From a virus, in IMG/VR virus record IMGVR_UViG_3300021425_003021, positions 32,001-96,000 of that record: DNA of 64,000 nucleotides. One strand, written 5' to 3'. The notes under the pieces were generated by a model that worked only from the letters and a program-made list of their open reading frames with translations, was not told where the DNA came from and did no database searches. A program made the position numbers and the translations under genes. Below, in pieces: positions 40,831 through 50,061 of this stretch (position 1 is the stretch's first letter; each line of letters begins with the position of its first letter).

Positions 40831-41365
40831 AGATAAAGGTATTGCAAAGGCATTACATAAATTATATCCAGATGCAGAATTTTGTAGTCAAAGTACAGGT
40901 TATGATTTAGCACGTAAACTAGATCAAGAAAGATTAGCAGAGCGTGTCTGTGAACACGATGTGTTTATTAATTGTAGTGCATTGTTTAAATTTCATCAAA
41001 CAACACTTCTTAACATTGTATATCACAAATGTATGTTAGAAAAACATTGGTGTCATATTATTAATGTAGGTAGTACAACAGATAGAGTAAAAAAAGGCGG
41101 CAGCTGGTTATACAATGCAGAAAAGAAGGCATTAAGAGATTACTCAAACACATTAGGATTAAACGGAGTTTGGCACAGTGGTCCTAAGATTAGTTACATA
41201 AGTTTTGGTACTTTGAGTAATAACCAAGAAAAACATCCAAACAGAACTGTAATTGATATTGATGAAGCAACTAGTTATATCAAATGGGTAATTGATCAGC
41301 CTAGAGAGCTATGCATAAATGAAATTAGTATAGACCCTATGCAACCAGACCATTGGAAAAGCTAA
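40811..41365 (+). CDS. Short SDR-family oxidoreductase
   Basis: ITGN...GIA, DVFINCS, INVGS, YNAEK (YxxxK). Confidence 0.75.
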   Translation: MIITGNKDKGIAKALHKLYPDAEFCSQSTGYDLARKLDQERLAERVCEHDVFINCSALFKFHQTTLLNIVYHKCMLEKHWCHIINVGSTTDRVKKGGSWLYNAEKKALRDYSNTLGLNGVWHSGPKISYISFGTLSNNQEKHPNRTVIDIDEATSYIKWVIDQPRELCINEISIDPMQPDHWKS

Positions 41366-42573
41366 TGTCTGATTTGCCAAAGTATGCTTGTCAACTTCCT
41401 ATGCATCATATGGCAATACGTCCAGATGGTCGTGTTATGCCCTGTTGTTATTTCAGGCATGAACACGTTCCTACAGATTTAAATTTATCTTTAGAAGATC
41501 CTTTTAACCATCCTTTTATGAAACAAAATAGAGAAAGTGTTTTAAATGATGAAATGATTCCTGGTTGCAGCAAATGCTACGAAGATGAAAAAACATCTGG
41601 TAACAGTATGCGCACCGACATTTATAACTCTCCATACAATTTTTTAAATTTACCTACAGATGATACTAGAGGTAAAGTTGCAAAACTTACAAATATTGAT
41701 GTAACATTTAGTAACGTTTGTAACAACAAGTGTAGAATGTGTGGTCCAGAACTTAGTACACAATGGTACAGTGACGCTAAGAAAATGGGATATCCTTTTG
41801 AAAAACGTGGTGTAATTGCTGAAAACAAATGGATAGAAACAGCCAATGTAAGTGATTTAACATTTATCAAGTTCTTAGGCGGCGAACCGTTAATGGAACA
41901 GGAAAAAATGATACAGCTATTGCAAAAGTGTAATAGAGAAAAATTAGTCGTTCATATTACCACTAACGGAACATTATTGCCTAATGAGACATTACATAAT
42001 TTACTAACAGAATGCGAAGGTGTGTATATGACTGTTAGTGTAGATCAATTTGGACAGTTTAACGAGTTTTTACGTAAAGGCAGTAATTGGAATACCACCA
42101 TTGAAAATATGTTTACAATGAAAGAGCATTATGGTAAGCATACAACAACTGTACATTCTGTAACATCAATATACAATGTAAATTTGTGTAATCAATTGAT
42201 CGATTTTTGTATTAATGAAAGATTTTATCAAAAAAATGCTGTTGTTGACGGTCCTAATTGGATGATGCCAAGAAATCTGCCAAAAAAAGTCAAAGCTAAA
42301 TTAATAAAGTTGCTAAATTTAAACATACAAAATACAAACCTGCCAAAACATTTGTCATATCTATATGATGCAACTGCTCATTATGAATTACTAATTAATG
42401 AATTAGAGCAAGATGGCGATTTTGGAATGTTTTTACGTAATGATACAAGACTAAACATTATACGCAATGAACATTGGAAAGATTACAATCCATGGCTATG
42501 GAATGAGCTTAAACCTTATTTTGTTGAAACACAACTTGAAGATGGACAATTGGATTATCTAAATACTCTCTGA
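41365..42573 (+). CDS. Radical SAM protein with N-terminal twitch domain
   Basis: ACQLP...PDG..MPCC...GCSKC, then CNNKCRMC, LGGEP; TAATG coupling to the SDR. Confidence 0.9.
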   Translation: MSDLPKYACQLPMHHMAIRPDGRVMPCCYFRHEHVPTDLNLSLEDPFNHPFMKQNRESVLNDEMIPGCSKCYEDEKTSGNSMRTDIYNSPYNFLNLPTDDTRGKVAKLTNIDVTFSNVCNNKCRMCGPELSTQWYSDAKKMGYPFEKRGVIAENKWIETANVSDLTFIKFLGGEPLMEQEKMIQLLQKCNREKLVVHITTNGTLLPNETLHNLLTECEGVYMTVSVDQFGQFNEFLRKGSNWNTTIENMFTMKEHYGKHTTTVHSVTSIYNVNLCNQLIDFCINERFYQKNAVVDGPNWMMPRNLPKKVKAKLIKLLNLNIQNTNLPKHLSYLYDATAHYELLINELEQDGDFGMFLRNDTRLNIIRNEHWKDYNPWLWNELKPYFVETQLEDGQLDYLNTL

Positions 42574-42579
42574 TAAATA
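42573..42579 (+). promoter_or_regulatory. T4-late-like promoter ATAAATA
   Basis: Intergenic, 24 nt upstream of ATG 42604. Confidence 0.65.
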
Positions 42580-42603
42580 TAGTTATTAAGATAGAGAGTT
42601 AAA

Positions 42604-43104
42604 ATGTTCCAAACCAAAAATTTAAACTATAAAATGTTAAGCAAAGATTCTTTGGATGCTGTGCGAGAATTTGTAGTAACAGAAAATAATCTTTTTGATA
42701 AGGGCATATCGTATTTGTCACACGCACCGGTTAATCGCAGTCACCGATGGAAACCTTATACCAATTTAGTTAAACCTATTACAAACTATCTTAAAGAAAA
42801 AGATTTGAACATTACTGCATTAGGTGCTAATAGAATAGAAGCAAATACTAAAAAAAATGTATTTTTTATGCCAAACAAGAACAACGGCACTAACACAGTC
42901 ATTTTGATACCGTTATTTGATTATTCAAGGGAACAAAAAGTATTGCACTTTATCAAGACCAAGTCTAAGATTGCATTGAATTCTACATTAGTATTTGATC
43001 ATTCTTTACAAAGACACTGGGTAAATGAATATAATACAAAGTTTTGTTTTTTAGTATATGGGCTAAATGAATCTATTAGTATAGTCACAGAAAGGCTTTC
43101 ATAG
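42604..43104 (+). CDS. Hypothetical protein, possible degenerate cupin/2OG-oxygenase fold
   Basis: ILIPL and LVFDHSLQRHWVN resemble the neighbouring cupins, but the HxD motif is absent. Confidence 0.4.
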   Translation: MFQTKNLNYKMLSKDSLDAVREFVVTENNLFDKGISYLSHAPVNRSHRWKPYTNLVKPITNYLKEKDLNITALGANRIEANTKKNVFFMPNKNNGTNTVILIPLFDYSREQKVLHFIKTKSKIALNSTLVFDHSLQRHWVNEYNTKFCFLVYGLNESISIVTERLS

Positions 43105-43105
43105 T

Positions 43106-43690
43106 TTGCAAATCGTATATGGCGAGCCAAGAACAGGTTCTCATTTTATAGCAAGGAATTTTGCAAATCAATACAACAAAATATTTTTAGGTGAGTATTT
43201 TAAAAGTCCAATTCCTAATGCACAAGTAAACATATTTAAAAAAATTGATACATTACCAAAAAATTCTGTTATCATAGTTCATCCAGATTTATCATATGGA
43301 CAATATCCTGAAGAATTTTACACTTGGTTATTTTCCAATGAATTAATTGTCACAGAAACTGATGATAGATGGCGGCAGGTTGTCAGTTGGGGACTTGCAG
43401 CAAAAACAACAAATTATCACAGTTATAATGGTTCAAGATATTTAGAACAAAATATCGCATACAAAAGAAATTTTTTTGATATGTTAAAAAATTCTATTAA
43501 AAAATACAACGAAACAAAACATCTAATAAAATACAAAGATTTAATAAATTTAAGTAGTATAAAAAAACAACAAGTTTTTGAAGGAAAATATCAATTACCA
43601 CACAAAACATATCGACAAAAAACAGATGAATTATGTCTAATGTATAGCAATTTAAATGAAGTAAAACAGTGGTACAATGAACTATTATAA
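43106..43690 (+). CDS. Sulfotransferase-like (P-loop) protein
   Basis: N-terminal GEPRTGSHF (PRTGS 5'-PSB-like), LGEYF, Q..SW. Confidence 0.55.
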   Translation: MQIVYGEPRTGSHFIARNFANQYNKIFLGEYFKSPIPNAQVNIFKKIDTLPKNSVIIVHPDLSYGQYPEEFYTWLFSNELIVTETDDRWRQVVSWGLAAKTTNYHSYNGSRYLEQNIAYKRNFFDMLKNSIKKYNETKHLIKYKDLINLSSIKKQQVFEGKYQLPHKTYRQKTDELCLMYSNLNEVKQWYNELL

Positions 43691-43695
43691 TGTAA

Positions 43696-43702
43696 ATAAA
43701 TA
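43696..43702 (+). promoter_or_regulatory. T4-late-like promoter ATAAATA
   Basis: Followed by AGGAG 43714-43718 and ATG 43725. Confidence 0.7.
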
Positions 43703-43724
43703 CAATTGTATACAGGAGATTACC

Positions 43725-44375
43725 ATGGATCATAAACAAATTGAAAAAGCAGTGATTAGAAGTCAACATTGTCAGCGTAATTGGGACTTGTCAAAACAAA
43801 TTCCACAAGAAGATTTAGATTTAATTCAACACGCTGTAACACAATGTCCTAGCAAACAAAATGTTGCTTTTTACAAAGTGCATATGATTACCGATAGAAA
43901 CTTAATCGAAGCCATACACGCTAATACAGAAGGATTTACAACAAATTTTGTTACAATGGAAGGTGAAACCAACAGTCAAACACTAGCAAATCTGTTAATT
44001 GTTTTTGAGGCATACAACGGTCATTTAAATAAAGATAACAATGTATTCAGAAATGATGAAATATTGAAAATGGACACAGGAAAAGAACTAACTGAAGCAG
44101 AGCAAGAAACATTTAAAAGAGATCAACAAATGGCAGTTGGCATTGCAGCAGGTTATGCTAATGTAACTAGTGCAATGATGGGATACGGAACTGGTTGCTG
44201 TGCTTGTTTTGATGGTAAAGCAATAGAAGATTTACTAAATTTAGATGGTCCTGTTTTATTAATGATGGGTATAGGATATAAAGATCCAACTCGTAATAGA
44301 AGAGAGCATCACGAAACTGGGTTTGTATTTCCTACAAAACCAAAACAAAAGATCAAAGTTAAAAAGCATTACTAA
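43725..44375 (+). CDS. Nitroreductase-family flavoprotein
   Basis: QRNWD...IP.EDL...CPSKQN, GIAAG...A..MGYGTG, LMMGIGY; SD supports start 43725. Confidence 0.8.
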   Translation: MDHKQIEKAVIRSQHCQRNWDLSKQIPQEDLDLIQHAVTQCPSKQNVAFYKVHMITDRNLIEAIHANTEGFTTNFVTMEGETNSQTLANLLIVFEAYNGHLNKDNNVFRNDEILKMDTGKELTEAEQETFKRDQQMAVGIAAGYANVTSAMMGYGTGCCACFDGKAIEDLLNLDGPVLLMMGIGYKDPTRNRREHHETGFVFPTKPKQKIKVKKHY

Positions 44376-44383
44376 TTGTTCTA

Positions 44384-44390
44384 TTAAATA
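44384..44390 (+). promoter_or_regulatory. Late-like box TTAAATA, 4 nt before ATG
   Basis: TTAAATA-gtgt-ATG(44395), intergenic, no SD. Confidence 0.55.
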
Positions 44391-44394
44391 GTGT

Positions 44395-45723
44395 ATGAAA
44401 GATACTTTTTGCCCAATTCCTTGGAATTTTCAGGCTGTGCGAAACAATGGCGATATACGTATATGCTGTCAAGCTAATGTAACAGAAAATCAAGGAGTGA
44501 TTAGACACTGTGATGGTACTCCTTATAATGCAAGTCGTGACAGCTTAGAAGATGCACGTAATGCCAATCTTATGAAAACTGTTCGAAAAAATATGCTTAA
44601 TGGTGTTTGGAGCCAAGAATGCGGCAGATGCCAGCAGGAAGAAGAAGCAGGACTTAACAGTAGACGTCAATATGAGCAACAAAATTGGCCTACATTTACT
44701 ATTGATAAGGCAAAACAAGTCACTGACGACGATGGCGGTGTAAGTGAAATTCCAGTAACTTATTACGATTTACGTTTCGGAAACTTGTGTAATCTTGCTT
44801 GTAGAATGTGCGGACCTACTGACAGTCATACTTGGTATGAACAATGGGTAGATTATCACAAATCAAATGAATATATTGACACACACGGCACAGTATCATT
44901 GCAACGTAATGCCAAAGGAAGACTGTTCACAAACGATTATGATTGGCACGGCAGTGATGTATTTTGGAATAGTATTGAAAAAAACATTCCAAATATAAAA
45001 CACGTTTATATGGCTGGCGGAGAGCCCATGATGATCGAACGTCATTATGAATTTTTACAAAAATGTATAGATAGCGGTTATGCTGGTAAAATCATTATAG
45101 AATATAATACAAATATGACTAATCTTCCTGAGCGTGTATTACAAATGTGGAAACATTTTAGACAAGTTAGAGTTGGAGCCAGCATCGATGGATACGGCGA
45201 TATGTTAGAGTATCAAAGATGGCCATTGAAATGGAACCAAGCATATAAAAATTTAAAAAAGTTAGATCAATTGTGTATTGATAATAAAAACATATTTGCT
45301 TGGCTAGCTTGCACAGTAACAGCTAATAATGTATTTCATATACCTGAATTTATGTGGTGGAAACTAAAAGAAAGTGGTTTTAAAAAAATTAATAGTTCTA
45401 AAAAAAGACCTGTAATTACACACCACGTAGCACACGGTCCAAAAAGAACAAACATAAAATTATTAGATCCTACACTAAAATTAGATTTACACAATCATTA
45501 TGAATCTTGGAAAAATAAATTTATGTTTGATAATGAAATCGAACAAAGTGTAAAAGAAAATGCAACTAGTATACTTGATAGTATATTAAAATTTGCAAAC
45601 AAAGAAGATTATTCAAATGATTATATCGATGAATTTGTAAATTTTACAAAATACTTAGATAAAGCAAGAAATCAAAATATACTAGATGTTGTACCACAAT
45701 ATTCTAAATTATTTGACAAATAA
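44395..45723 (+). CDS. Radical SAM protein with N-terminal twitch domain
   Basis: FCPIPW...RICC...CGRC, then CNLACRMC, AGGEP. Confidence 0.9.
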   Translation: MKDTFCPIPWNFQAVRNNGDIRICCQANVTENQGVIRHCDGTPYNASRDSLEDARNANLMKTVRKNMLNGVWSQECGRCQQEEEAGLNSRRQYEQQNWPTFTIDKAKQVTDDDGGVSEIPVTYYDLRFGNLCNLACRMCGPTDSHTWYEQWVDYHKSNEYIDTHGTVSLQRNAKGRLFTNDYDWHGSDVFWNSIEKNIPNIKHVYMAGGEPMMIERHYEFLQKCIDSGYAGKIIIEYNTNMTNLPERVLQMWKHFRQVRVGASIDGYGDMLEYQRWPLKWNQAYKNLKKLDQLCIDNKNIFAWLACTVTANNVFHIPEFMWWKLKESGFKKINSSKKRPVITHHVAHGPKRTNIKLLDPTLKLDLHNHYESWKNKFMFDNEIEQSVKENATSILDSILKFANKEDYSNDYIDEFVNFTKYLDKARNQNILDVVPQYSKLFDK

Positions 45724-45741
45724 CGCAAGGAATGTTATAAT
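45713..45741 (+). promoter_or_regulatory. Perfect sigma70 promoter with extended -10, leaderless
   Basis: TTGACA 45713-45718, 17 nt, TGt-TATAAT 45733-45741, ATG 5 nt later at 45747. Confidence 0.9.
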
Positions 45742-45746
45742 TAGAA

Positions 45747-46868
45747 ATGACTGAAGATTTAAAATGGTCAAACTATGACTTTACTAAAATACCGTTTGAT
45801 GATATTGTTCAAGTAGGACAACGTACTTTATTATATAGAGATATCTTTACAGTGTCTTGGCTATTAGGTAGATTTTGTAATTACAGATGTAGTTATTGCT
45901 GGCCTTATGCACGTAGCGATAGAAAAGATCATAGACCCACAGAATTGTGTTTAAAAACCATAGACGAAATAAAGAGGCAAGCACGTGAAAACGGATTTAA
46001 TAGTTATCATTTTTCTCTTAGTGGCGGGGAGCCTACTTTCCACCCTGGCTACTTGGATATTTTACAGCATTTGGCTAATGATGTAGAAAACACAAATTAT
46101 ACAAGTATTCATATGACTAGTAACTGTAGTCGGCCAATGAAATGGTTTGAAACTTATGTAGAACGTGCGAAACCATTTCACAGAGCAAGTATTACAGCAA
46201 GTTTACATACAGAACACTTAAATACAAAGGAGAAGATGCAGGACTTTGCAGATAAATTAATCCTGTGTCAAGAACACGATGTACAGATTACCATTAATAT
46301 GGTCATGGTACCTGAATGGTTCGAGAGAGATTGGGAAAACGCCCTCTTCTTCCACGAACAAGGAATCAACGTTACACTCAAGCCGCAATCCGATCCAACG
46401 GCTAGTAGAGTGGTTGACGGGTACAAAGAAGAAGACCTAAAACGTTTATGGAACGGAATGCCTCAACGAGCATACACAGAATCAAAAAGAAAATTTGTAG
46501 ATAGACCAAAGCCCAAGTTTGAAATCCCTAAAGACATAATGTACAGACCAGATGCTAGTGTACCTTGGCATATGCAGGTAGAATTTAGAGATAGTCAAGG
46601 CAATCCTTGGTATATGGATCAAGCCGAAAGATTTAATGCTTTTGAATTTAATAAATTTAAAGGATGGAATTGTAATGCAGGATATCAAGGTATTATTATT
46701 CGCGAACCTGATGGAAGTGTTAAACGCAGTTACAGTTGCCACGATGTACCGTTGGGCAATATTGAAACAGGATTTAAACTGTTTGACAAACCTATGCCTT
46801 GTATGACAGATAGTTGTGTTAGTAGTGCAGATAGTAAAATTCCTAAAAGGAAAATTGATGCATTATAA
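45747..46868 (+). CDS. Radical SAM protein with C-terminal SPASM-like domain
   Basis: SWLLGRFCNYRCSYC, SGGEP; WNCNAG...DG.V.R..SC...LGNI...C...SC. Confidence 0.9.
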   Translation: MTEDLKWSNYDFTKIPFDDIVQVGQRTLLYRDIFTVSWLLGRFCNYRCSYCWPYARSDRKDHRPTELCLKTIDEIKRQARENGFNSYHFSLSGGEPTFHPGYLDILQHLANDVENTNYTSIHMTSNCSRPMKWFETYVERAKPFHRASITASLHTEHLNTKEKMQDFADKLILCQEHDVQITINMVMVPEWFERDWENALFFHEQGINVTLKPQSDPTASRVVDGYKEEDLKRLWNGMPQRAYTESKRKFVDRPKPKFEIPKDIMYRPDASVPWHMQVEFRDSQGNPWYMDQAERFNAFEFNKFKGWNCNAGYQGIIIREPDGSVKRSYSCHDVPLGNIETGFKLFDKPMPCMTDSCVSSADSKIPKRKIDAL

Positions 46869-47535
46869 AGTATACGAAGATGTTTTTGATCAAGCAACTA
46901 TTACCAGTATACTAGATTATTACAATAATTATTTTGATGATGTATACGTTACAAATAGAATGTACAAAATTGAAAACCCTTGGTCTTTAGAAATTGTTCA
47001 ACAAAACATTAAACCAGTATTATCTAAATTTTTTAATACTGAATTAGAAAATATTGGTGACAACATTTACAAACACAACGAACCTTATTTTCCACATTGC
47101 GATACTAGCATAGGTTATCCCTGTTTCAATGTATTAATACCGTTAAAGGTAGATAAAAACTTAGAACAAAAGTTTTGTATATTTGATCAGTATATAAATG
47201 ATTTCTCCAGTGGTGCAACTTGGATGGGCAGGTGGTATGCTGCTACAAAAGAATTTGAACACAATAAAAAACGTAGATTTCCTCACAAAGATACCATTGT
47301 CGAAAACATCACACATAATGATATAGACGAAGATTTTTTTGTAAAAAATTTAGAATATCGAGGCAGAGACAGGTTATTATTCAAAGGATGTTCGGGAGTT
47401 GCTGTAGATTTTAAGCCTGGTAATTTAATTATGTTTGATAGTAAACATATTCATTGTACTGGAAAAATGATGTGTGAGTGGAAAATGGGTTTAAGTTTAA
47501 GATTTAAAGGCGAGTTCAATAAGGAAGTAAAATGA
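46858..47535 (+). CDS. 2OG-Fe(II) oxygenase-like cupin
   Basis: FPHCD...NVLIPL...PGNLIMFDSKHIHCT; start MHYK matches paralog 50062. Confidence 0.7.
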   Translation: MHYKVYEDVFDQATITSILDYYNNYFDDVYVTNRMYKIENPWSLEIVQQNIKPVLSKFFNTELENIGDNIYKHNEPYFPHCDTSIGYPCFNVLIPLKVDKNLEQKFCIFDQYINDFSSGATWMGRWYAATKEFEHNKKRRFPHKDTIVENITHNDIDEDFFVKNLEYRGRDRLLFKGCSGVAVDFKPGNLIMFDSKHIHCTGKMMCEWKMGLSLRFKGEFNKEVK

Positions 47536-48074
47536 AATATGCAATTACAGGACATACAGCAGGAATAGGTAAAGCATTTAGTGAATTGCCAGAAGTTAAA
47601 AATAATTTCATCGGGTTCAGCAGGACTACAGGCTATAACATAAAATCAGCTGATGATCGTAGACGTATTGTAAAAGACAGTGAAGAATGTGACGTCTTTA
47701 TAAACAATGCATATAATCTTTATCATCAAACCGATATGCTGTACGAGCTACATAGAAAGTGGAAAAATAAACCAAAAGTTATTGTAAATTTAGGAAGCAA
47801 TACGACAGAAAGTATGAAAGATTTTCCGCATCCTTATACAGCACACAAAGCCAGTTTAGAAGCTGCTAGTTTACAATTGAGTGGAATTAAATGCCAGTGT
47901 TCAACAGTCTTGTTAAAATTTGGATATGTAGGATCTGAAAAAATACTAAAATTTTTACAACCAGAATATTACATTCCTTGCGAAGAAGCTGCACAAATTA
48001 TTTTACAAGTGGCAGAACTGGCCGCTAAATATAATATAAAAACAATGACAATTTTACCAAAAGAAAATGACTAA
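47532..48074 (+). CDS. Short SDR-family oxidoreductase
   Basis: ITGHTAGIG, DVFINNA, VNLGS, YTAHK. Confidence 0.8.
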   Translation: MKYAITGHTAGIGKAFSELPEVKNNFIGFSRTTGYNIKSADDRRRIVKDSEECDVFINNAYNLYHQTDMLYELHRKWKNKPKVIVNLGSNTTESMKDFPHPYTAHKASLEAASLQLSGIKCQCSTVLLKFGYVGSEKILKFLQPEYYIPCEEAAQIILQVAELAAKYNIKTMTILPKEND

Positions 48075-48636
48075 TATAACAGAATTAAATTTACCCACGT
48101 TTGACTTATACGAAGAATTTAATAAATTACTTAATAGCGGAACTATTCGCTGGTTTTCAGACGACTGTCAAGATCAGATTTGTTTAAACAGCACTAAAAG
48201 CGATCCTGATAATTTTCTATTAGGCAGAGCTAGTTTATGGTATGATTGGGATAAGTCTTATGAACAAGATGGAAAAATTATTACGCCTTTGAGGAAACCT
48301 CCTTTGAAAGAAAATCAATTTACAGAATTGTGTAGTGCATTTAAAGGTACATTATTTGAAGAAGTTTACAATATACTTGTAAGTAAGTATCAAATGGGCA
48401 GAATTAGAATAATGAATAGTCAACCAAAAACTTGTTTAACCTGGCACAACGATGATACTACAAGGATACATTATCCTATGAAAACACAAGAAGGGTGTTT
48501 TATGATAATCGAAGATGAAGTAAAACATTTAGAAAAATACAAATGGTATCATACTAACACAACTGTTAAACACACTGCTATGAATGCAAGTAAAGAGAAC
48601 AGAATACATTTGGTAGGGTGTATACTTGATAGCTGA
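48067..48636 (+). CDS. Asp/Asn beta-hydroxylase-like 2OG oxygenase
   Basis: R.R.M...WHND...RIH.P...HTAMN...RIHLV. Confidence 0.75.
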   Translation: MTNITELNLPTFDLYEEFNKLLNSGTIRWFSDDCQDQICLNSTKSDPDNFLLGRASLWYDWDKSYEQDGKIITPLRKPPLKENQFTELCSAFKGTLFEEVYNILVSKYQMGRIRIMNSQPKTCLTWHNDDTTRIHYPMKTQEGCFMIIEDEVKHLEKYKWYHTNTTVKHTAMNASKENRIHLVGCILDS

Positions 48637-49387
48637 TTTACATCATAAATTAGTAAATGTTAAATCTGCTCCTGCTTTTGATAAGTCTTGTCATCCTAGA
48701 TGCGAAAGTAGCAGAGCAAAAAATCCACTGGCTAAAAAATTATTGTATGTGCCGCACTACAAACTATGTGAATTAGATTTAGATCAAGACAAAATTAATC
48801 AAGAAATATCTGCATTAGAAAACTGGCAAGGCTACAATAATGATGTAAAAGGTATAAGAGGTGCAGGTGTTAGTAATTATTGGAGTGCTAAGTTTTTAAG
48901 AAATTTCAGCGATGATCCAGATTTTGGATTTGGAGAAACGCTAGATTTTATGGAAATATTAGGTAAACAACATTTAATTAAAAATGGTAGGGTACCGCCC
49001 GAGCATTTAGTTGATACAACTTTATGCAATACTATTCCTTATGTTAAAAACATAGTTGAAGAAATGTTTACTTGGGAAATGTGCGACCGTATAATGATAT
49101 CAAAAATTGATAATAAACAAAGAATCAATTGGCATAGTCATAATTATTACGAAACAGAATACACTCACGCATATGTGCATATTCCTTTAATCACAAATAA
49201 GAATGCTACTAGTATGTTGGTATATCTAGACGGAGAAATACACGAGCAACACTATGGGTTTAATGAAGCATGGATAATCAATACACAACACAATCACGCA
49301 GTAAACAATAAACACGGCAATGATAGATATCATATTTTAGCTCTAGTGAATTTTAATGATCCTAAATTAGAAAGATATATTGCATAA
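48626..49387 (+). CDS. AspH-like cupin with HxH metal motif
   Basis: RIMIS...WHSH...HIPL...HAVNN...RYHI. Confidence 0.65.
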   Translation: MIADLHHKLVNVKSAPAFDKSCHPRCESSRAKNPLAKKLLYVPHYKLCELDLDQDKINQEISALENWQGYNNDVKGIRGAGVSNYWSAKFLRNFSDDPDFGFGETLDFMEILGKQHLIKNGRVPPEHLVDTTLCNTIPYVKNIVEEMFTWEMCDRIMISKIDNKQRINWHSHNYYETEYTHAYVHIPLITNKNATSMLVYLDGEIHEQHYGFNEAWIINTQHNHAVNNKHGNDRYHILALVNFNDPKLERYIA

Positions 49388-49390
49388 ATA
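49384..49390 (+). promoter_or_regulatory. T4-late-like promoter ATAAATA
   Basis: Overlaps stop, followed by AGGAGG 49396-49401 and ATG 49408. Confidence 0.7.
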
Positions 49391-49407
49391 CATTTAGGAG
49401 GTGTAAT

Positions 49408-50058
49408 ATGCAAGTAGAACACAAAGATATTAAAAAAGCGATTATTCGTAGCCAACATTGTCAACGTAACTGGGATTTAGGGCAAACTATTCCTGACGAA
49501 GATTTAGAATTGTTTGTACACGCAGTTAAGAACTGTCCTAGCAAACAAAACGTTGCGTTTTACAAAGTACACTTTGTAACAAATAGAAGCATCATCGAAC
49601 GCATACACGAACACACAGCAGGATTTAAACGTCCAGAAGACGGTGTTGAAGAAACTAATAGCCAAACACTAGCTAATCTTTTAGTAATTTTTGAATCAGT
49701 TGATCCGGCAACAAAAGTTAATCCTAATGAATATGCAAATGACGAGTTGTATAATATAGAAAATAATAAAAATATTACTGCTTCTAAAAGTGTGCTAAAA
49801 AGAGATGAAAATATGGCAATTGGCATTGCTGCAGGATATCTTAATTTGTTAGCAAGTATGTTAGGCTATGGCACTGGGTGTTGTGCGTGTTTCAACGACA
49901 CAGAAGTTTCTAAAATTGTAAAAAATGAAAATCCTATTGCATTAATGATGGGTATCGGATTCAAAGACAGCACAAGAAATAGAAGAGAACATCATCAAAC
50001 TGGATTTATGTTCCCTTCCAAAATTAAGCAGGATATAGAAGTTGATATCATAAAATAA
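49408..50058 (+). CDS. Nitroreductase-family flavoprotein, paralog of 43725..44375
   Basis: Long identical blocks: IRSQHCQRNWDL, CPSKQNVAFYKVH, ETNSQTLANLL, GYGTGCCACF, TRNRREHH. Confidence 0.8.
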   Translation: MQVEHKDIKKAIIRSQHCQRNWDLGQTIPDEDLELFVHAVKNCPSKQNVAFYKVHFVTNRSIIERIHEHTAGFKRPEDGVEETNSQTLANLLVIFESVDPATKVNPNEYANDELYNIENNKNITASKSVLKRDENMAIGIAAGYLNLLASMLGYGTGCCACFNDTEVSKIVKNENPIALMMGIGFKDSTRNRREHHQTGFMFPSKIKQDIEVDIIK

Positions 50059-50061
50059 TGT

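Noticed and set aside
39652-46868. Viperin-like call for the rSAMs with CNYxCSYC
   Set aside because: They lack the viperin N-Y/F-H...CNYxCxFCF context and carry C-terminal Cys clusters that viperins do not have
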